From NCBI GenBank assembly GCA_963667845.2, contig CAXXVL010000002.1:2688001-2752000 (forward strand): DNA of 64,000 nucleotides, read 5' to 3'. The notes under the pieces were generated by a model. The model had not been told where the DNA came from and did no database searches. It was given only the letters and a program-made list of their open reading frames with translations. The position numbers and the translations under genes are program-made. Positions within the stretch are counted from its first letter, which is position 1. Every line of letters starts with the position of its first letter. Shown one piece after another: positions 41,078 through 51,755 of the stretch. Source of the DNA: Smithellaceae bacterium (lineage in GTDB: Bacteria > Desulfobacterota > Syntrophia > Syntrophales > Smithellaceae).

Positions 41078-41887
41078 TCAAAACTGATAACGAAGCCCGA
41101 CCGCGAGACCGTGGGTTCGCAGGGGGCATTCAATATCATTGACGGCGATTCCCGCCGGTATAATATCCATATACATGTTTCCCGGAGAGGATCCCACCCT
41201 GCCAAGGTCGAAATAGCGGTAGGCGATATCCAGGCTGAAATGCTCCGTCAGAACGATGCCTGTGCCGGCTGCCAGCATGTAAGCAAAATTGGTCCTGTCT
41301 CCGGCCGGCATGATGCTGATTTTGTGTGCACCCTGATTATCGGGGAACAGAAAAGTCATCTCTCCCAGCCTGTTATAGGCAAAACCTGCGCCGCCCCCCA
41401 GATAGGGTTGGAAGCGCCACAATTTCTTCCCGGGCAAAAAACCGTTAATATCGACAAAAACATTCAGCATTCCGGCAAGAGAATCAGCCTTTGCCGAAAC
41501 AGGCTGGTTTGAACCCACGGACAGAAAGTTCGCATTGCCGTCGTAATTCATCTGAAAGCGGTAGGTGAGGGCCAGATCGACCCGCAGCCAGGGCAGAAGT
41601 TGGCGGCCAAAGGCTGCTTCCGCCAGCGGGAAATTACCGAAATCACCGTAGGCACCGATCGGCAACCCGTCATTGCCGACAGCACATCCAAACAGTGCGG
41701 GCGGGCTGATTGCCGAGCAATTCACATCGGACATATTGGCCGTCCGTGATTTTTCATAGCCGACGGTGCCGCGTACATACCAGCCTCCGGTCATCGCGGA
41801 GCCGGGAAGTGCAAAAACGGATAGACAGAAGACCACCCCTGCGATTAGAAATTTTACGGATATTTTATTCATTTTCATAAACGCCAA
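41078..41887 (-). CDS. Outer-membrane beta-barrel protein (opacity/OmpA-TM-like)
   Basis: Signal peptide, PYLGGGAG, LDIAYRYFDLG, C-terminal GLRYQF. Confidence 0.8.
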   Translation of the reverse strand: MAFMKMNKISVKFLIAGVVFCLSVFALPGSAMTGGWYVRGTVGYEKSRTANMSDVNCSAISPPALFGCAVGNDGLPIGAYGDFGNFPLAEAAFGRQLLPWLRVDLALTYRFQMNYDGNANFLSVGSNQPVSAKADSLAGMLNVFVDINGFLPGKKLWRFQPYLGGGAGFAYNRLGEMTFLFPDNQGAHKISIMPAGDRTNFAYMLAAGTGIVLTEHFSLDIAYRYFDLGRVGSSPGNMYMDIIPAGIAVNDIECPLRTHGLAVGLRYQF

Positions 41888-42012
41888 AAGGATCCTTCCT
41901 CAGTATTCAGTGTTGTCAGCAAGTGCGAGTTAACCGTATGCATTTGGTCAGGCGTAATAATGGGTCCTCTCATGACTCTGAAACATCTGTCAGTCATGCT
42001 TTCTGTGGTGTC

Positions 42013-43728
42013 TTAGTGGTTATAATGCAGCCTGATATGGCACAGGCCGTTTTTAACGCGCGATTCCACTTTATCCGCATTTTCGTGAATCAAAAACAAT
42101 GAAAGCCGGGAAACACCTTCAGGAGACAAGAGTACCTCGTCTTCCGTTGGTTTGACGTCGGTAAACACCATCGGTGTTCCGTTATACGTCATTTCTACGT
42201 CGAGGTTGAATTCGTCGAACGAGACGACAACCTGGATCGGGCCCTGAACGGCGGCCCTGGCTTCGGCCGTTTCAAATGTTTCGTTAATGGCAGTGGCGGC
42301 CCGGCCGATCACGTCCGGCATTGCACCCCAGAGCCCCCCCTGTTTCTGCATAAAGGTAAAGACCTTGTCGGACGAATCAACGCCCGGTACCAGTTCAATC
42401 TGCGCGGTCTTGGAAATGCCGATCCTCATGAGCAGGTTCAGAACAATGGCGGTCAACGTGGCCAGCGAAAGGGAAGACTGGAAAAAAGGCCTGATTGCCC
42501 CGGGGAGATCGTTATACAATCCCGGAATAAAATCCACGCTGAGGCCGAAGACGATGGATGTTCCGATGACAAAGGTTTTTCTGGCATCGATCATGCGCGA
42601 AAGCATGATCTGGATGCCGGCAAGGACCATGAAGCTGACGGCAAAAACGAGGCTTGCGCCCATGACCGGTGTCGGCATAATGACAAATATCGCGGCGATC
42701 TTCGGCATGAAGGCGAGGATGATCAGAATGGCTCCGGTTGCATAAGCGATTGTCCGGCTGGTTGCGCCCGATGCGATCGACAGACCGATATTGCTTGATG
42801 AAGGAGACTGGCCCAGTGCCCCGGTCAGACCGGATATAATGTTGCCGGATGCGCAGGCCAGAATGCCCTTGCTGATGGAGGTCATATCCGGCCGTTTCCA
42901 GCCGGCATCATTGATCTTCTGGCAGGTGGTCAGATCGCCCATGGTTTTTAGCGCGGAGGACAGTGCGGCGACAATGAAAGGAATAATCAATGCCGTGCTG
43001 AAGGATAAGCCATAGGAGCCCGGCGCGGGCCATGAAATCCAGGGGGAGTCGCCGAAGTGTCGGAACTGATCGGGTCCGAGTACCCCGAGAAGCAAAGCCA
43101 GCGTGTAGCCGATGGCCATACCGATCAGCACCGAATAGAGGCGAAGCTTTCCCTTCCCCCAGACCGTCAGCGCCATCATGGCAATCAGCGTTACGATGGC
43201 GATGGCCGCCTCCGTCGGGTCAGGCGTGGCATGGAGGGCATCCACGCCGACAAATCTTTTCATGGCAAACGGGATGACTTCAACACCAACCATGGTAACG
43301 ATCGTGCCGGTTACTTCTGCAGGAAAGAAAGCCCGCATCCTGGCGGCGATGCGCGAAAAAAAGGCCTCGAATGTGCCCGCGACAAGTGTCATGCCGAAGA
43401 TGAGGGGAAGCCCGCCGGTTTTTCCGGCCAGAATGGAAGCGGAAAGAAAAGCGGGACCGTTTAGCAGCGGACACAGGTAACCGGAACCGATGGGACCCCT
43501 GTTCAAACCCTGGAGGATTGTAGCAATGCCGGACACGAGCATAGCCATGGAGATGAGGTGCCGTGCATCATGGCTGGTTCCGCCAATGGCGTCGACAACG
43601 AGCACTGGAAAGACAAAAGCGATCGTTACCAAAAATATGTGTTGAATCCCGAGCAGCAGAAGCGGGCCTATTCCGGGGCTTTCATCGACGTCGTAAATCA
43701 GGTTTGCCGGCTTGGTTCGCGATGTCAT
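42013..43728 (-). CDS. NCS2 (xanthine/uracil) family permease with a C-terminal soluble extension
   Basis: GIQH motif in TM1, GIATILQ, SSNIG signature region, P.PVMG; ~130-aa hydrophilic tail. Confidence 0.85.
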   Translation of the reverse strand: MTSRTKPANLIYDVDESPGIGPLLLLGIQHIFLVTIAFVFPVLVVDAIGGTSHDARHLISMAMLVSGIATILQGLNRGPIGSGYLCPLLNGPAFLSASILAGKTGGLPLIFGMTLVAGTFEAFFSRIAARMRAFFPAEVTGTIVTMVGVEVIPFAMKRFVGVDALHATPDPTEAAIAIVTLIAMMALTVWGKGKLRLYSVLIGMAIGYTLALLLGVLGPDQFRHFGDSPWISWPAPGSYGLSFSTALIIPFIVAALSSALKTMGDLTTCQKINDAGWKRPDMTSISKGILACASGNIISGLTGALGQSPSSSNIGLSIASGATSRTIAYATGAILIILAFMPKIAAIFVIMPTPVMGASLVFAVSFMVLAGIQIMLSRMIDARKTFVIGTSIVFGLSVDFIPGLYNDLPGAIRPFFQSSLSLATLTAIVLNLLMRIGISKTAQIELVPGVDSSDKVFTFMQKQGGLWGAMPDVIGRAATAINETFETAEARAAVQGPIQVVVSFDEFNLDVEMTYNGTPMVFTDVKPTEDEVLLSPEGVSRLSLFLIHENADKVESRVKNGLCHIRLHYNH

Positions 43729-43855
43729 GGCTGAATCCTAGATACTTCCTTTTATTTTGGAGCAGGATATTCTGTTTTGCACGAGACACTTATAAGAGAA
43801 ACAAAATATTCGTGTCAGCGGATGACGCCGCCAAAATGCACAACGCCGATATCGC

Positions 43856-46800
43856 CTATCGAAAAACCGCTTGAGCCGCTTTCCGCCGCGGAAATTTGAT
43901 GTACGGGCTGACCTTGGAATTAATATTCCTGCCTGTGCCATCGTAGTTGAGCGTCACGATGGGAACACCGGTATACTCCTCAATGCGCGCCGCCATGGCT
44001 TCGGTGACCAGGCCGGCGCAACAGAAAGCGGGATTGGTCTGCACAAAAAGCGAAATATCCGGATAATGCTGTATCAGCGCCGAAATCTTCAGCAGGTTGT
44101 CGGTGGATTCACCGAAGTGCTGGACAGTGACGTCAAAGTGGTCGTAGATTTTTTTGTAGTCAATAGCGCTGCCCAGCGTCGGTTCATTCAGGACCTCATT
44201 GAATATCCTGTAGTAGCTTTTCTCCAGCTGGTTGACGAGTGCGATCAGTGTTTTGGTGAAGATGACGTCCATGAACTCGCCTTCCAGAAACCAGCGCCGC
44301 ATGTAAGGGCTGGCAACGAGCTTGGCAAATTCGTTAAAGGGGGTCGTAATGACTTCACCGCCATAGTCCTCGATGCAGTGGATCAGGTCCTGATTGAACA
44401 CGTCGTTGTCCCGCGCGTACATATCGCCGAAAATGGCGACTTTCGGCCGGCGCCCGGGCACCGTCTCAATCTTTTTGAAAAGATTCATCACTTTGGTCAA
44501 GTCGTCATCCTTGCTGCGGCCGCCCAGAAGTGTGTTGTAAAGAATGGTCAGTGACTGAGCGATGACCTTATCCGTCACGCCTTTTTCCTTCTCATAGGGA
44601 CGAATCTTGCATCCGATTTTGCGCAGCATGCCGCCGAACATATGCGCGAAATACGCTTCGATGGAGGCCTGCATCGAAATTTCACTGAGCGACAGGCTGC
44701 CGATATAGACGTCCACGTGTTCCATCCCATGGCCCGCCGCTTCCATGATGCCTTTGATGAACTCCGGGTACAGCCGGATATTGCAGGCAACGTGGCTGTC
44801 AAAAATCCAGCCGACGGTCTGGGCGGGGTCCAGAAGGTTATCCTCAATATAGTCCATATAACTCTGTGCAATCAGGTTGACGGGCAGACATTGGCCGGTA
44901 TTGGTGCGCAGCCCGCGCTGAATGACTTTTTCCGTGAGCGGCACCATGCGCGCGTCGACCCCTTCCTTGAGAAAAACCGCTTCGAGCAGCTTCGAGTTGA
45001 TGGGATCAAAACACGGAAAGAGCAGTGTCTTGTCTTTGATTTTCGAGATACCTGAGGAATTTAACGGCAGCAGACGCGATGAAACGAGGCGCAGCTCTTT
45101 GTTCCGGTGATGATTGCTAAAGGAACGCACCGCCGCTTCGATGCGGGTTTCGTAGCCCACGTTGGAATCATGTTCATCGAGTTCCAGAATTAAATAGGGT
45201 TTGCCGTATTTGTCCATGATCCGTTTGAAGTATTCCAGGGTAAAGGAATCGGGGCTGCATTTGAACGAGGTCACGTAAACGGGATATAAACCCGGCGTAT
45301 GGGCGATATAGAGAGCGGCCGCAAGAATCCTCGCGGCATACGTCCAGTGGATTCTTTTGAGCAGGGGTTCAATTTCGGAGAGGTCCTTCTGTTCCGCGGG
45401 CAGCATGTCCTGATAAAAAGTTTTAATGCCCAGCGCACAGAAGATGTCCGGAATGCCTTTGTTCATGGAACTTTGCATGATGGCGTAAGGCCGCCCCAGG
45501 AGCGCCACGCTGATGGTGTCATCTGCGGGTTTTTCTCGTTCGTAGACATTGAGCAGATTCGCACGGCCTTCATTATAAAAAGCCAGCGCCGCTTCATAGG
45601 CATTGTAGATTTCCCAGTAACCGGTGTCCAGGATCGACTTCAGGATTGAAAAGAGTTCGATACGCGATTGAAAGGAGTGATGATCAATAACCGGCATGAT
45701 GGCCTTATTTTTAAGCCGCATACTTTTCATACCTGCGGAGAGGGTCGCCGCAAACTGGGTATAATAGCAGTAATAGCGGTAGTCCTCGTCTTTTTGTTTG
45801 GCGGCTTCCAGATAAAATGGCAGAAAAATGTAATCACACTTGTCCACCAGATACTGCACGTGACCGAAGAAGGCGTTCATCGGTGCGCAGAATTCAGCAC
45901 CGGCCAGTTTCTTGCCGGTTTTGATCGCATTCTTGAATCCCTCCGATGTAACGGTTTCCACGCCGAGGGTGGCAAAGAAATGCTTCCAGAGCGGCATTTC
46001 CTCTGCCAGATACAGTGCGTTGGGAATACCGATTTTGACGGGCTTCTTGAACGTGGTGCGCTTTTTCGCCAGCGGGAATACTTTGTTTCTCTCTTTGATC
46101 AGATCGTACTGCTTTTTGGAGGTGCCGACGTAGTGTTTGGTGTCGTAGTCCCGGCCGCAAAGAAATCCAAAGGCCACGGTTTCTTTCTGCACCGTGACTT
46201 TATTAATCTTGCAGTTGTTATGACACAATTCGCAAACTTCATTTTCCACGGGAATATCTTCGCGGCAAAGACCCAAGCCGCGGAAGGCGGAGTTCCGTAC
46301 GGCATTTTCAGCGAGAATCAGTGCGCTGCCCAAAGCGCCCGTCAAATGGCAGAACTGAGAGACGAAGATGGGCTTTTTAAGACGGTGTTCGAAGGCTGCA
46401 ACCAGCGCCCGGTTGCGGGCGGTGGCTCCCTGAAAGCAGATGCTTTGCCCGATGCTGGCTTCCACTGCGACCTTGGCGAGATAATTTTCGCATACGGAAT
46501 GCAGAACACTGGCCAGCACTTCGTCGACGGAATACCCTTCCGTCAGATAGTTGTTAATATCGCGCTCCATGAAAACGGTGCAGCGGTCACTGGAAATCGG
46601 GGAAGGGGTGTTCATGGCGCGTGCCGAGTAATCAGCCAGCGCGACGCTGAGTTTGTTGGCCTGTTCTTCTATGAAGCTGCCGGTGCCTGCAGCGCAGACA
46701 TTGTTCATCACGGAGGAGGTGACCATGCCGTTCTTCATCGTTGTGAACTTGGCGTCCTGGCCTCCGATCTCGATAATGGTATCCGCGTCATTGTTGAGTT

Positions 46801-48046
46801 CAAAGGCGGCGCGCGCGTGCGCCGTGATTTCGTCGATGATCAGGTCGGCGTTGATGATGCGGCCGATAAATTTGCGGCCTGATCCGGTTGTACCGACGCC
46901 GTCGAAAATAAATGTGCAGGACTGACTGTGAGCGATATTGTCAATGGCCTCGAAAAGCGCCTGAACGGCTTTGACGGGCTGCCCCGCCGTCTGTGTATAA
47001 AGGCCGACCAGAACTTCGTTCTGACCATTGATTAAAACGGCTTTTGTGCTGGTCGATCCGACGTCAATGCCGAGGTAAACCTCCTGTTTTTTTTGCAGAG
47101 GCCGGTAAATATCCACTTCAATCGCGGCGGCAGCGTTTCTAGGCTCAAATAAGTAGCTCATGCGCGAGGAAAAATCCGGGTAGCTCGAAAGCGAGAGCTG
47201 TAAAGGCGGATAGCCGTAAATCTTTTCCTTATTTTCCTGCACGAAAAGATCATCCCAATTTTTGGCGCCAAGCCGCTCAAGTTCGGAATCTTCGAGATGG
47301 AGGAGAGCGGCGCCGATTGCGCCATAGAGGTGACTGTGTTCGCTGATAATGGGTTCTACTCCCAGGAGGTTCCGAAAATGCTTGATCACGGCGGCATTCA
47401 TGGACACACCGCCCGCCAGAACGAGCGGTGGGTAAATATTCGAATCGGGAATCAGAGCGTCGATGACGTTTTTGGCCAAGCCTTCGCAGAGTCCGTCGCT
47501 GATCTGGCCGATCGAATAGCCTTCCTGCTGGGCATGAATCAGATCCGTTTTGGCAAACACGGCGCAGCGCGTGGCAATCTTTGGGGTATTACCCGAATTG
47601 CAGAAGGCCACCGTGCTCAGGGTTTCAATGCTCCGGAGATTGAGCCGTTTGGCTTGCTGATCGAGAAAGCTTCCGGTCCCGGCGGCGCAGGACGAATTGG
47701 ATCGGAATCGTTCATAGTCGCCTTCCTTATTGAAGGTAATCAAACCGAAATTTTCGCCGCCGATGAACAAAATGCTGCCGACGGCCTCATGATACCGCTT
47801 TACCGCGGCGATCATGGCAATCTGCGCATCATAACGCGGTACGCCCTGCAGGATATCCGGGCCCGACTGGGTCATCGCGATGCCGCCTATCTGATCAATA
47901 TCGATTCTGCGCAAGATCTCCCGCAGGGTATCGGCAATGGCACCCCGATGGAACTCATAGAACGTGTTGACAACCATTCCCTTTTCATCAATGAGAACTA
48001 CGGAGAGGGCGACGGAACCGATATCTATTCCAATAATGTTCAGCAT
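43856..48046 (-). CDS. Fused acyl-CoA dehydratase activase (two BadF/BcrAD-type ATPase domains plus DUF2229/dehydratase-like domains)
   Basis: GIDIGS and GIDVGSTSTK; two CAAGTGSF; RCAVFAKTD and RCTVFM; FKCSPDS; QCLP; PAFCC. Confidence 0.85.
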   Translation of the reverse strand: MLNIIGIDIGSVALSVVLIDEKGMVVNTFYEFHRGAIADTLREILRRIDIDQIGGIAMTQSGPDILQGVPRYDAQIAMIAAVKRYHEAVGSILFIGGENFGLITFNKEGDYERFRSNSSCAAGTGSFLDQQAKRLNLRSIETLSTVAFCNSGNTPKIATRCAVFAKTDLIHAQQEGYSIGQISDGLCEGLAKNVIDALIPDSNIYPPLVLAGGVSMNAAVIKHFRNLLGVEPIISEHSHLYGAIGAALLHLEDSELERLGAKNWDDLFVQENKEKIYGYPPLQLSLSSYPDFSSRMSYLFEPRNAAAAIEVDIYRPLQKKQEVYLGIDVGSTSTKAVLINGQNEVLVGLYTQTAGQPVKAVQALFEAIDNIAHSQSCTFIFDGVGTTGSGRKFIGRIINADLIIDEITAHARAAFELNNDADTIIEIGGQDAKFTTMKNGMVTSSVMNNVCAAGTGSFIEEQANKLSVALADYSARAMNTPSPISSDRCTVFMERDINNYLTEGYSVDEVLASVLHSVCENYLAKVAVEASIGQSICFQGATARNRALVAAFEHRLKKPIFVSQFCHLTGALGSALILAENAVRNSAFRGLGLCREDIPVENEVCELCHNNCKINKVTVQKETVAFGFLCGRDYDTKHYVGTSKKQYDLIKERNKVFPLAKKRTTFKKPVKIGIPNALYLAEEMPLWKHFFATLGVETVTSEGFKNAIKTGKKLAGAEFCAPMNAFFGHVQYLVDKCDYIFLPFYLEAAKQKDEDYRYYCYYTQFAATLSAGMKSMRLKNKAIMPVIDHHSFQSRIELFSILKSILDTGYWEIYNAYEAALAFYNEGRANLLNVYEREKPADDTISVALLGRPYAIMQSSMNKGIPDIFCALGIKTFYQDMLPAEQKDLSEIEPLLKRIHWTYAARILAAALYIAHTPGLYPVYVTSFKCSPDSFTLEYFKRIMDKYGKPYLILELDEHDSNVGYETRIEAAVRSFSNHHRNKELRLVSSRLLPLNSSGISKIKDKTLLFPCFDPINSKLLEAVFLKEGVDARMVPLTEKVIQRGLRTNTGQCLPVNLIAQSYMDYIEDNLLDPAQTVGWIFDSHVACNIRLYPEFIKGIMEAAGHGMEHVDVYIGSLSLSEISMQASIEAYFAHMFGGMLRKIGCKIRPYEKEKGVTDKVIAQSLTILYNTLLGGRSKDDDLTKVMNLFKKIETVPGRRPKVAIFGDMYARDNDVFNQDLIHCIEDYGGEVITTPFNEFAKLVASPYMRRWFLEGEFMDVIFTKTLIALVNQLEKSYYRIFNEVLNEPTLGSAIDYKKIYDHFDVTVQHFGESTDNLLKISALIQHYPDISLFVQTNPAFCCAGLVTEAMAARIEEYTGVPIVTLNYDGTGRNINSKVSPYIKFPRRKAAQAVFR

Positions 48047-48227
48047 TGTGACATCCAATCGAGTAACCGGTAAGCGTTAGAAGAGTTCATCTGGTTGCTG
48101 AGTATAGCCTTTTCTTTCTACAGTGCTAAATCAGTTAAATGTCTTTGTTTAATCCAAACAGGATCAACTCTTTGCGCGGGAGCTTAACACACGCCTTTTA
48201 AATTATCAGCGAAATTATTTTCGAGAC

Positions 48228-48263
48228 AAAAAAATCCCTATGGCCGGGCAGACCATAGGGATT
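48228..48263 (-). terminator. Intrinsic terminator of the 48289-48855 gene
   Basis: AATCCCTATGG...CCATAGGGATT with an adjacent A-run on the + strand. Confidence 0.75.
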
Positions 48264-48288
48264 CGGTTTAACGATTAAACGTTACGAC

Positions 48289-48855
48289 TTAGAAATAGTA
48301 TTTGATACCAGCGCCGACGTTGATGCCGTGCAGCTTAATATCGACTTCGACGGGAGAACCGTCAACGGAGTTATTGTCGGAGATGTAGTTGTAGCCCACT
48401 TCAAAGTTGAAGCCGACTTCCTTCAAAGACGGGAAGTTCCATTCAGCACCCACCAGGCCGCCAAGTTCCCAGAATTTTCCGTCAAGGCCGCTCGTTGTTT
48501 TCGCACTGTATTTGCCGTAACCGCCTTTCAAGCCGGCATAGAAGCGGCTGTTTTCCCTCACGACGAAGGCAAACATCGGTTTCAATTCGAGCATCCACAG
48601 ATCCGCACTTAAATCACTGGTACCGCCGGTAACGGAAAGTTTTGCGGCGCCGTAAAAGCCGTTGACTTCCAAACCACCGGCCATATTTCCGAAGCCATAC
48701 CAGCCGCGTACAGACGCGCCATTCAGAATGTTGCCGGAGATCAAGCCCTGATAGCCGACGCCGACCTTGAAGTTATCCGCCGCAAAAGAAGGAGCAGCAC
48801 ACAGACAAATCACCGTAGCCATGACAGCTACATAACCCAAAATTCTTCTCTTCAT
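48289..48855 (-). CDS. Small outer-membrane beta-barrel protein
   Basis: Signal peptide (SFA-A), alternating beta-strand pattern, C-terminal GIKYYF; GGAGG RBS. Confidence 0.75.
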   Translation of the reverse strand: MKRRILGYVAVMATVICLCAAPSFAADNFKVGVGYQGLISGNILNGASVRGWYGFGNMAGGLEVNGFYGAAKLSVTGGTSDLSADLWMLELKPMFAFVVRENSRFYAGLKGGYGKYSAKTTSGLDGKFWELGGLVGAEWNFPSLKEVGFNFEVGYNYISDNNSVDGSPVEVDIKLHGINVGAGIKYYF

Positions 48856-49253
48856 AATTTTCCTCCTAAAGATGTTTGATATAGACTAAGGCGTTTATTC
48901 ACCATAAATAAACATCCTTTAATCTCTGCTACCGGTGGTACCCATAAATAATCTCAATGAGAGTGTTACTGTCGCTCGTACAATAAAATATGAGCTCACA
49001 GATGTCAATAGAAAAATTTTGACCGTCATTCAAAAGATTGATGTAAGAGATTAATAATAATAGTAATTTATATAAAATGAAATAATTCTCTAAGCGTTGT
49101 AGCGAAAATTCAAGCGGATGTATGTTTTAGGAGCGCAGAAGTTCTTTACGCTTCCTCAGTCGATTGCGGCACGCCGACCTGTTCAACATGACGGGTTGAT
49201 CCGCCCTGAGAACGGAAGGCCGGTAAGATAATCTTTTTTCCGGTGCTTAGTCT

Positions 49254-49955
49254 TTAGTAATGCTGCAAAACGGCCTTCAAAAGCGAAGCGCTGTGTCCCA
49301 GTTGAATGTGGGCTTCTTCTCTGGTGATGCTACGGTTTTCCGCCCGCAGTTTATAGCCGAGCTTACGGCTCAAATTGGCAATCCGCGCAATTTCAGAGGC
49401 CAGGTCCGCTTCGAAATTGTCATGCGTCAATTGAATGGCGTACACGTGCCGAATGATTTTTTGCGGCTCATCCAGGATCGTCTCTTCCACGATTCCGTCA
49501 TCAATGGCGTGCCAGGATTTGCTGAAATCATCATGGGGGATGTTATGCAGCGGTTGAGAGAGATCGGCGATATAATGCGCGCAATAGGCCAGATGATACT
49601 GGGCATATTTTCCTGCACGAAGGTCTTTTCCATAGGCGCGCAGGGAAGCGATAATTGCGCCATAGAGGTGTCCCTCCGAATCCAAGAGCTTGTTTCGTTC
49701 GTTATATCTGCCGATTTGCGCCAGCACCATCTGGGGTGTGACCTCAGCCTCAGCATTGTTGTTATACCAGTGGTTGTAGGATTCAATATTGCCGGCTTTG
49801 ATTTTGGCGAGATCAGGACCGGCGGCATTGTACCACGACGTGAGCCCCGCGACTTTAGCCACAGCCAGATGGGTCTTGTCATACCAGGCGTGAGCTTGCA
49901 GGGAAATGATCACCAGTCCACAAACGATAAATGTTTTGAGCAGTCTTATCTTCAT
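49254..49955 (-). CDS. S1/P1 nuclease / zinc-dependent phospholipase C-like exported protein
   Basis: Signal peptide ending AHA, mature N-terminus W....H, GPD, HYIADLSQPLH. Confidence 0.7.
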   Translation of the reverse strand: MKIRLLKTFIVCGLVIISLQAHAWYDKTHLAVAKVAGLTSWYNAAGPDLAKIKAGNIESYNHWYNNNAEAEVTPQMVLAQIGRYNERNKLLDSEGHLYGAIIASLRAYGKDLRAGKYAQYHLAYCAHYIADLSQPLHNIPHDDFSKSWHAIDDGIVEETILDEPQKIIRHVYAIQLTHDNFEADLASEIARIANLSRKLGYKLRAENRSITREEAHIQLGHSASLLKAVLQHY

Positions 49956-49986
49956 GATTGTCCTTTGCGCGTGTTATTCGTTTCTC

Positions 49987-50751
49987 TTATTTCATCCGGC
50001 CAAACAGAATGCTCCCCACGATCAGCATGGCAGCGGCGAATAGTGCGATGATCGTCAGGTCGACATAAAAAGGATACTGGTTCACCCCGAGAAGTGCACC
50101 GCGGACCCCGTCGACGGTATAACTGAGGGGATTGAGTTTCACCAGCTCGTGCAGCCACGCCGGAAGTTTTTCATCCACCGGAAAGAGGGCGCCGGACAGG
50201 AAAAAAAGCGGAAAAATCAAAAAGGCGGAAATGACCTGAAATCCTTCCAGGCTCTCGAGCAGTGATCCCAGTGCCAGCCCCAATGAGACCAGAGCAATCG
50301 ACGTGATAATCAAAATCAACAGGGCTTGCGGAATGCCCCAGGGATTAACAGACGGAAAGAGAAAACAAAAAACAAAGAGGATGATGACCTGTAAAAAAAC
50401 ATCAGTGCAGCCGCCGAGCACCTTCCCGAAAAAGATGCTGATCCGTGTCACAGGCGCAACCAGCACGGCTTTAAGCACGTCGAGCTTCCGGTCCCAGATG
50501 ATATACAGACCAAAAAAGACGGAGCCGAAAATAACGGTCATCGTCAGGATCCCCGGATAGATGTAATCGCGATAATTGACATTGCCTACGGAAAGGCTGG
50601 CACCGATACCGCTGCCGAACAAAAAAAGCCACATCATCGGCTGGACGACACTCGAGACAATCCGGCTCTTTTCGCGCCAGAAGACTTTGAACTCCCGCCA
50701 CCATACCGCAGAGATACCGAGCAGTTCCTTGCGAAGGATATCGGAATTCAT
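49987..50751 (-). CDS. ABC-2 type transporter permease
   Basis: YIYPGIL, VAPV.R..I..GK, FFLSGALFP, LNPLSY.VDGVR. Confidence 0.9.
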   Translation of the reverse strand: MNSDILRKELLGISAVWWREFKVFWREKSRIVSSVVQPMMWLFLFGSGIGASLSVGNVNYRDYIYPGILTMTVIFGSVFFGLYIIWDRKLDVLKAVLVAPVTRISIFFGKVLGGCTDVFLQVIILFVFCFLFPSVNPWGIPQALLILIITSIALVSLGLALGSLLESLEGFQVISAFLIFPLFFLSGALFPVDEKLPAWLHELVKLNPLSYTVDGVRGALLGVNQYPFYVDLTIIALFAAAMLIVGSILFGRMK

Positions 50752-50755
50752 TGCT

Positions 50756-51748
50756 TCATTTCCCTCTTTGTCTATAACGGGCGATGGTTTCCACCCAGCC
50801 GCCGCCGTTTTCGACGGCGTCCTCGCGAATATCTCGACCGGTCAGTTTGATAAAAACATCACTTAATGTGGGCTTTCTCACTTCAACGCTCGCCACATCC
50901 GGAATCAGAGACAGAAGTTCGGCAAGATGCAGATGCGCCGATTTCATGGTGATTTCCATCGTGTCATCCGAGATTTTTACGGCCGAGACATAAGGCAGTG
51001 AGCGGATCCGGTCTCGCGGCGGCCGCGGTGCGGTAACAACGACAATGTCACCCCCCAGTGTGTCGATCATGTTTTCCGGGGTGTCGAGTGCGATGATCCG
51101 GCCGGCATCGATGATGCCGATGCGATCGCACATCGCTTCAGCTTCTTCCATGTAGTGAGTGGTGAGAACGACGGTGGTTTCTTCTTTCTCGGCCATTTTG
51201 CGAATATAGTCCCAGGTGCGGGCGCGGGTCTGGGGATCGAGCCCCAGGGTCGGTTCATCGAGAAATAAAACAGCCGGTCGGTGCAGAAGGCCGCGGGCCA
51301 GTTCCAACCGGCGTCTCATGCCGCCGGAGTAAGTTTTCGTCAGGTCGTCGGCACGTTCCCGGAGATCGACGAGCGTAAGCATTTCTTCAATCCAAGTGTT
51401 GCGGACCCGGGCCGGAATCCCGTAAAGACGGGCATGCAGCTGCAAATTTTCACGGCCCGTGAGAATCGTGTCCAGTGTCGGGTCCTGAAAGACAATGCCG
51501 ACCCTGCGCCGGACATGCGTGGGATGTTTGGCGATGTCAAAACCGGCGATGATCCCCTGGCCCGACGTCGGTCGAATGATGGTACAGAGCATTCCGATGG
51601 TCGTGGTTTTGCCCGCGCCATTCGGGCCCAGAAGTCCGAAGATTTCACCTTTTTCAATATTGAGATCAATGCCGCGCACGGCCTCTATTCTACCGAATGT
51701 TTTTGTGAGCGACCGTGTTTCGATAATGGCCATAGATTTAAAATCCAA
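50756..51748 (-). CDS. ABC exporter ATP-binding protein (DrrA-like)
   Basis: GPNGAGKT, YSGGM, LFLDEPT, TTHYMEEA. Confidence 0.92.
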   Translation of the reverse strand: MDFKSMAIIETRSLTKTFGRIEAVRGIDLNIEKGEIFGLLGPNGAGKTTTIGMLCTIIRPTSGQGIIAGFDIAKHPTHVRRRVGIVFQDPTLDTILTGRENLQLHARLYGIPARVRNTWIEEMLTLVDLRERADDLTKTYSGGMRRRLELARGLLHRPAVLFLDEPTLGLDPQTRARTWDYIRKMAEKEETTVVLTTHYMEEAEAMCDRIGIIDAGRIIALDTPENMIDTLGGDIVVVTAPRPPRDRIRSLPYVSAVKISDDTMEITMKSAHLHLAELLSLIPDVASVEVRKPTLSDVFIKLTGRDIREDAVENGGGWVETIARYRQRGK

Positions 51749-51755
51749 ATTCCTC

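Noticed and set aside
49130..49245. Possible structured ncRNA (CTTCC...GGAAG partial complementarity) between the OM barrel and nuclease genes
   Set aside because: No match to riboswitch, SRP, 6S or tmRNA consensus that I can recognise; pairing is weak
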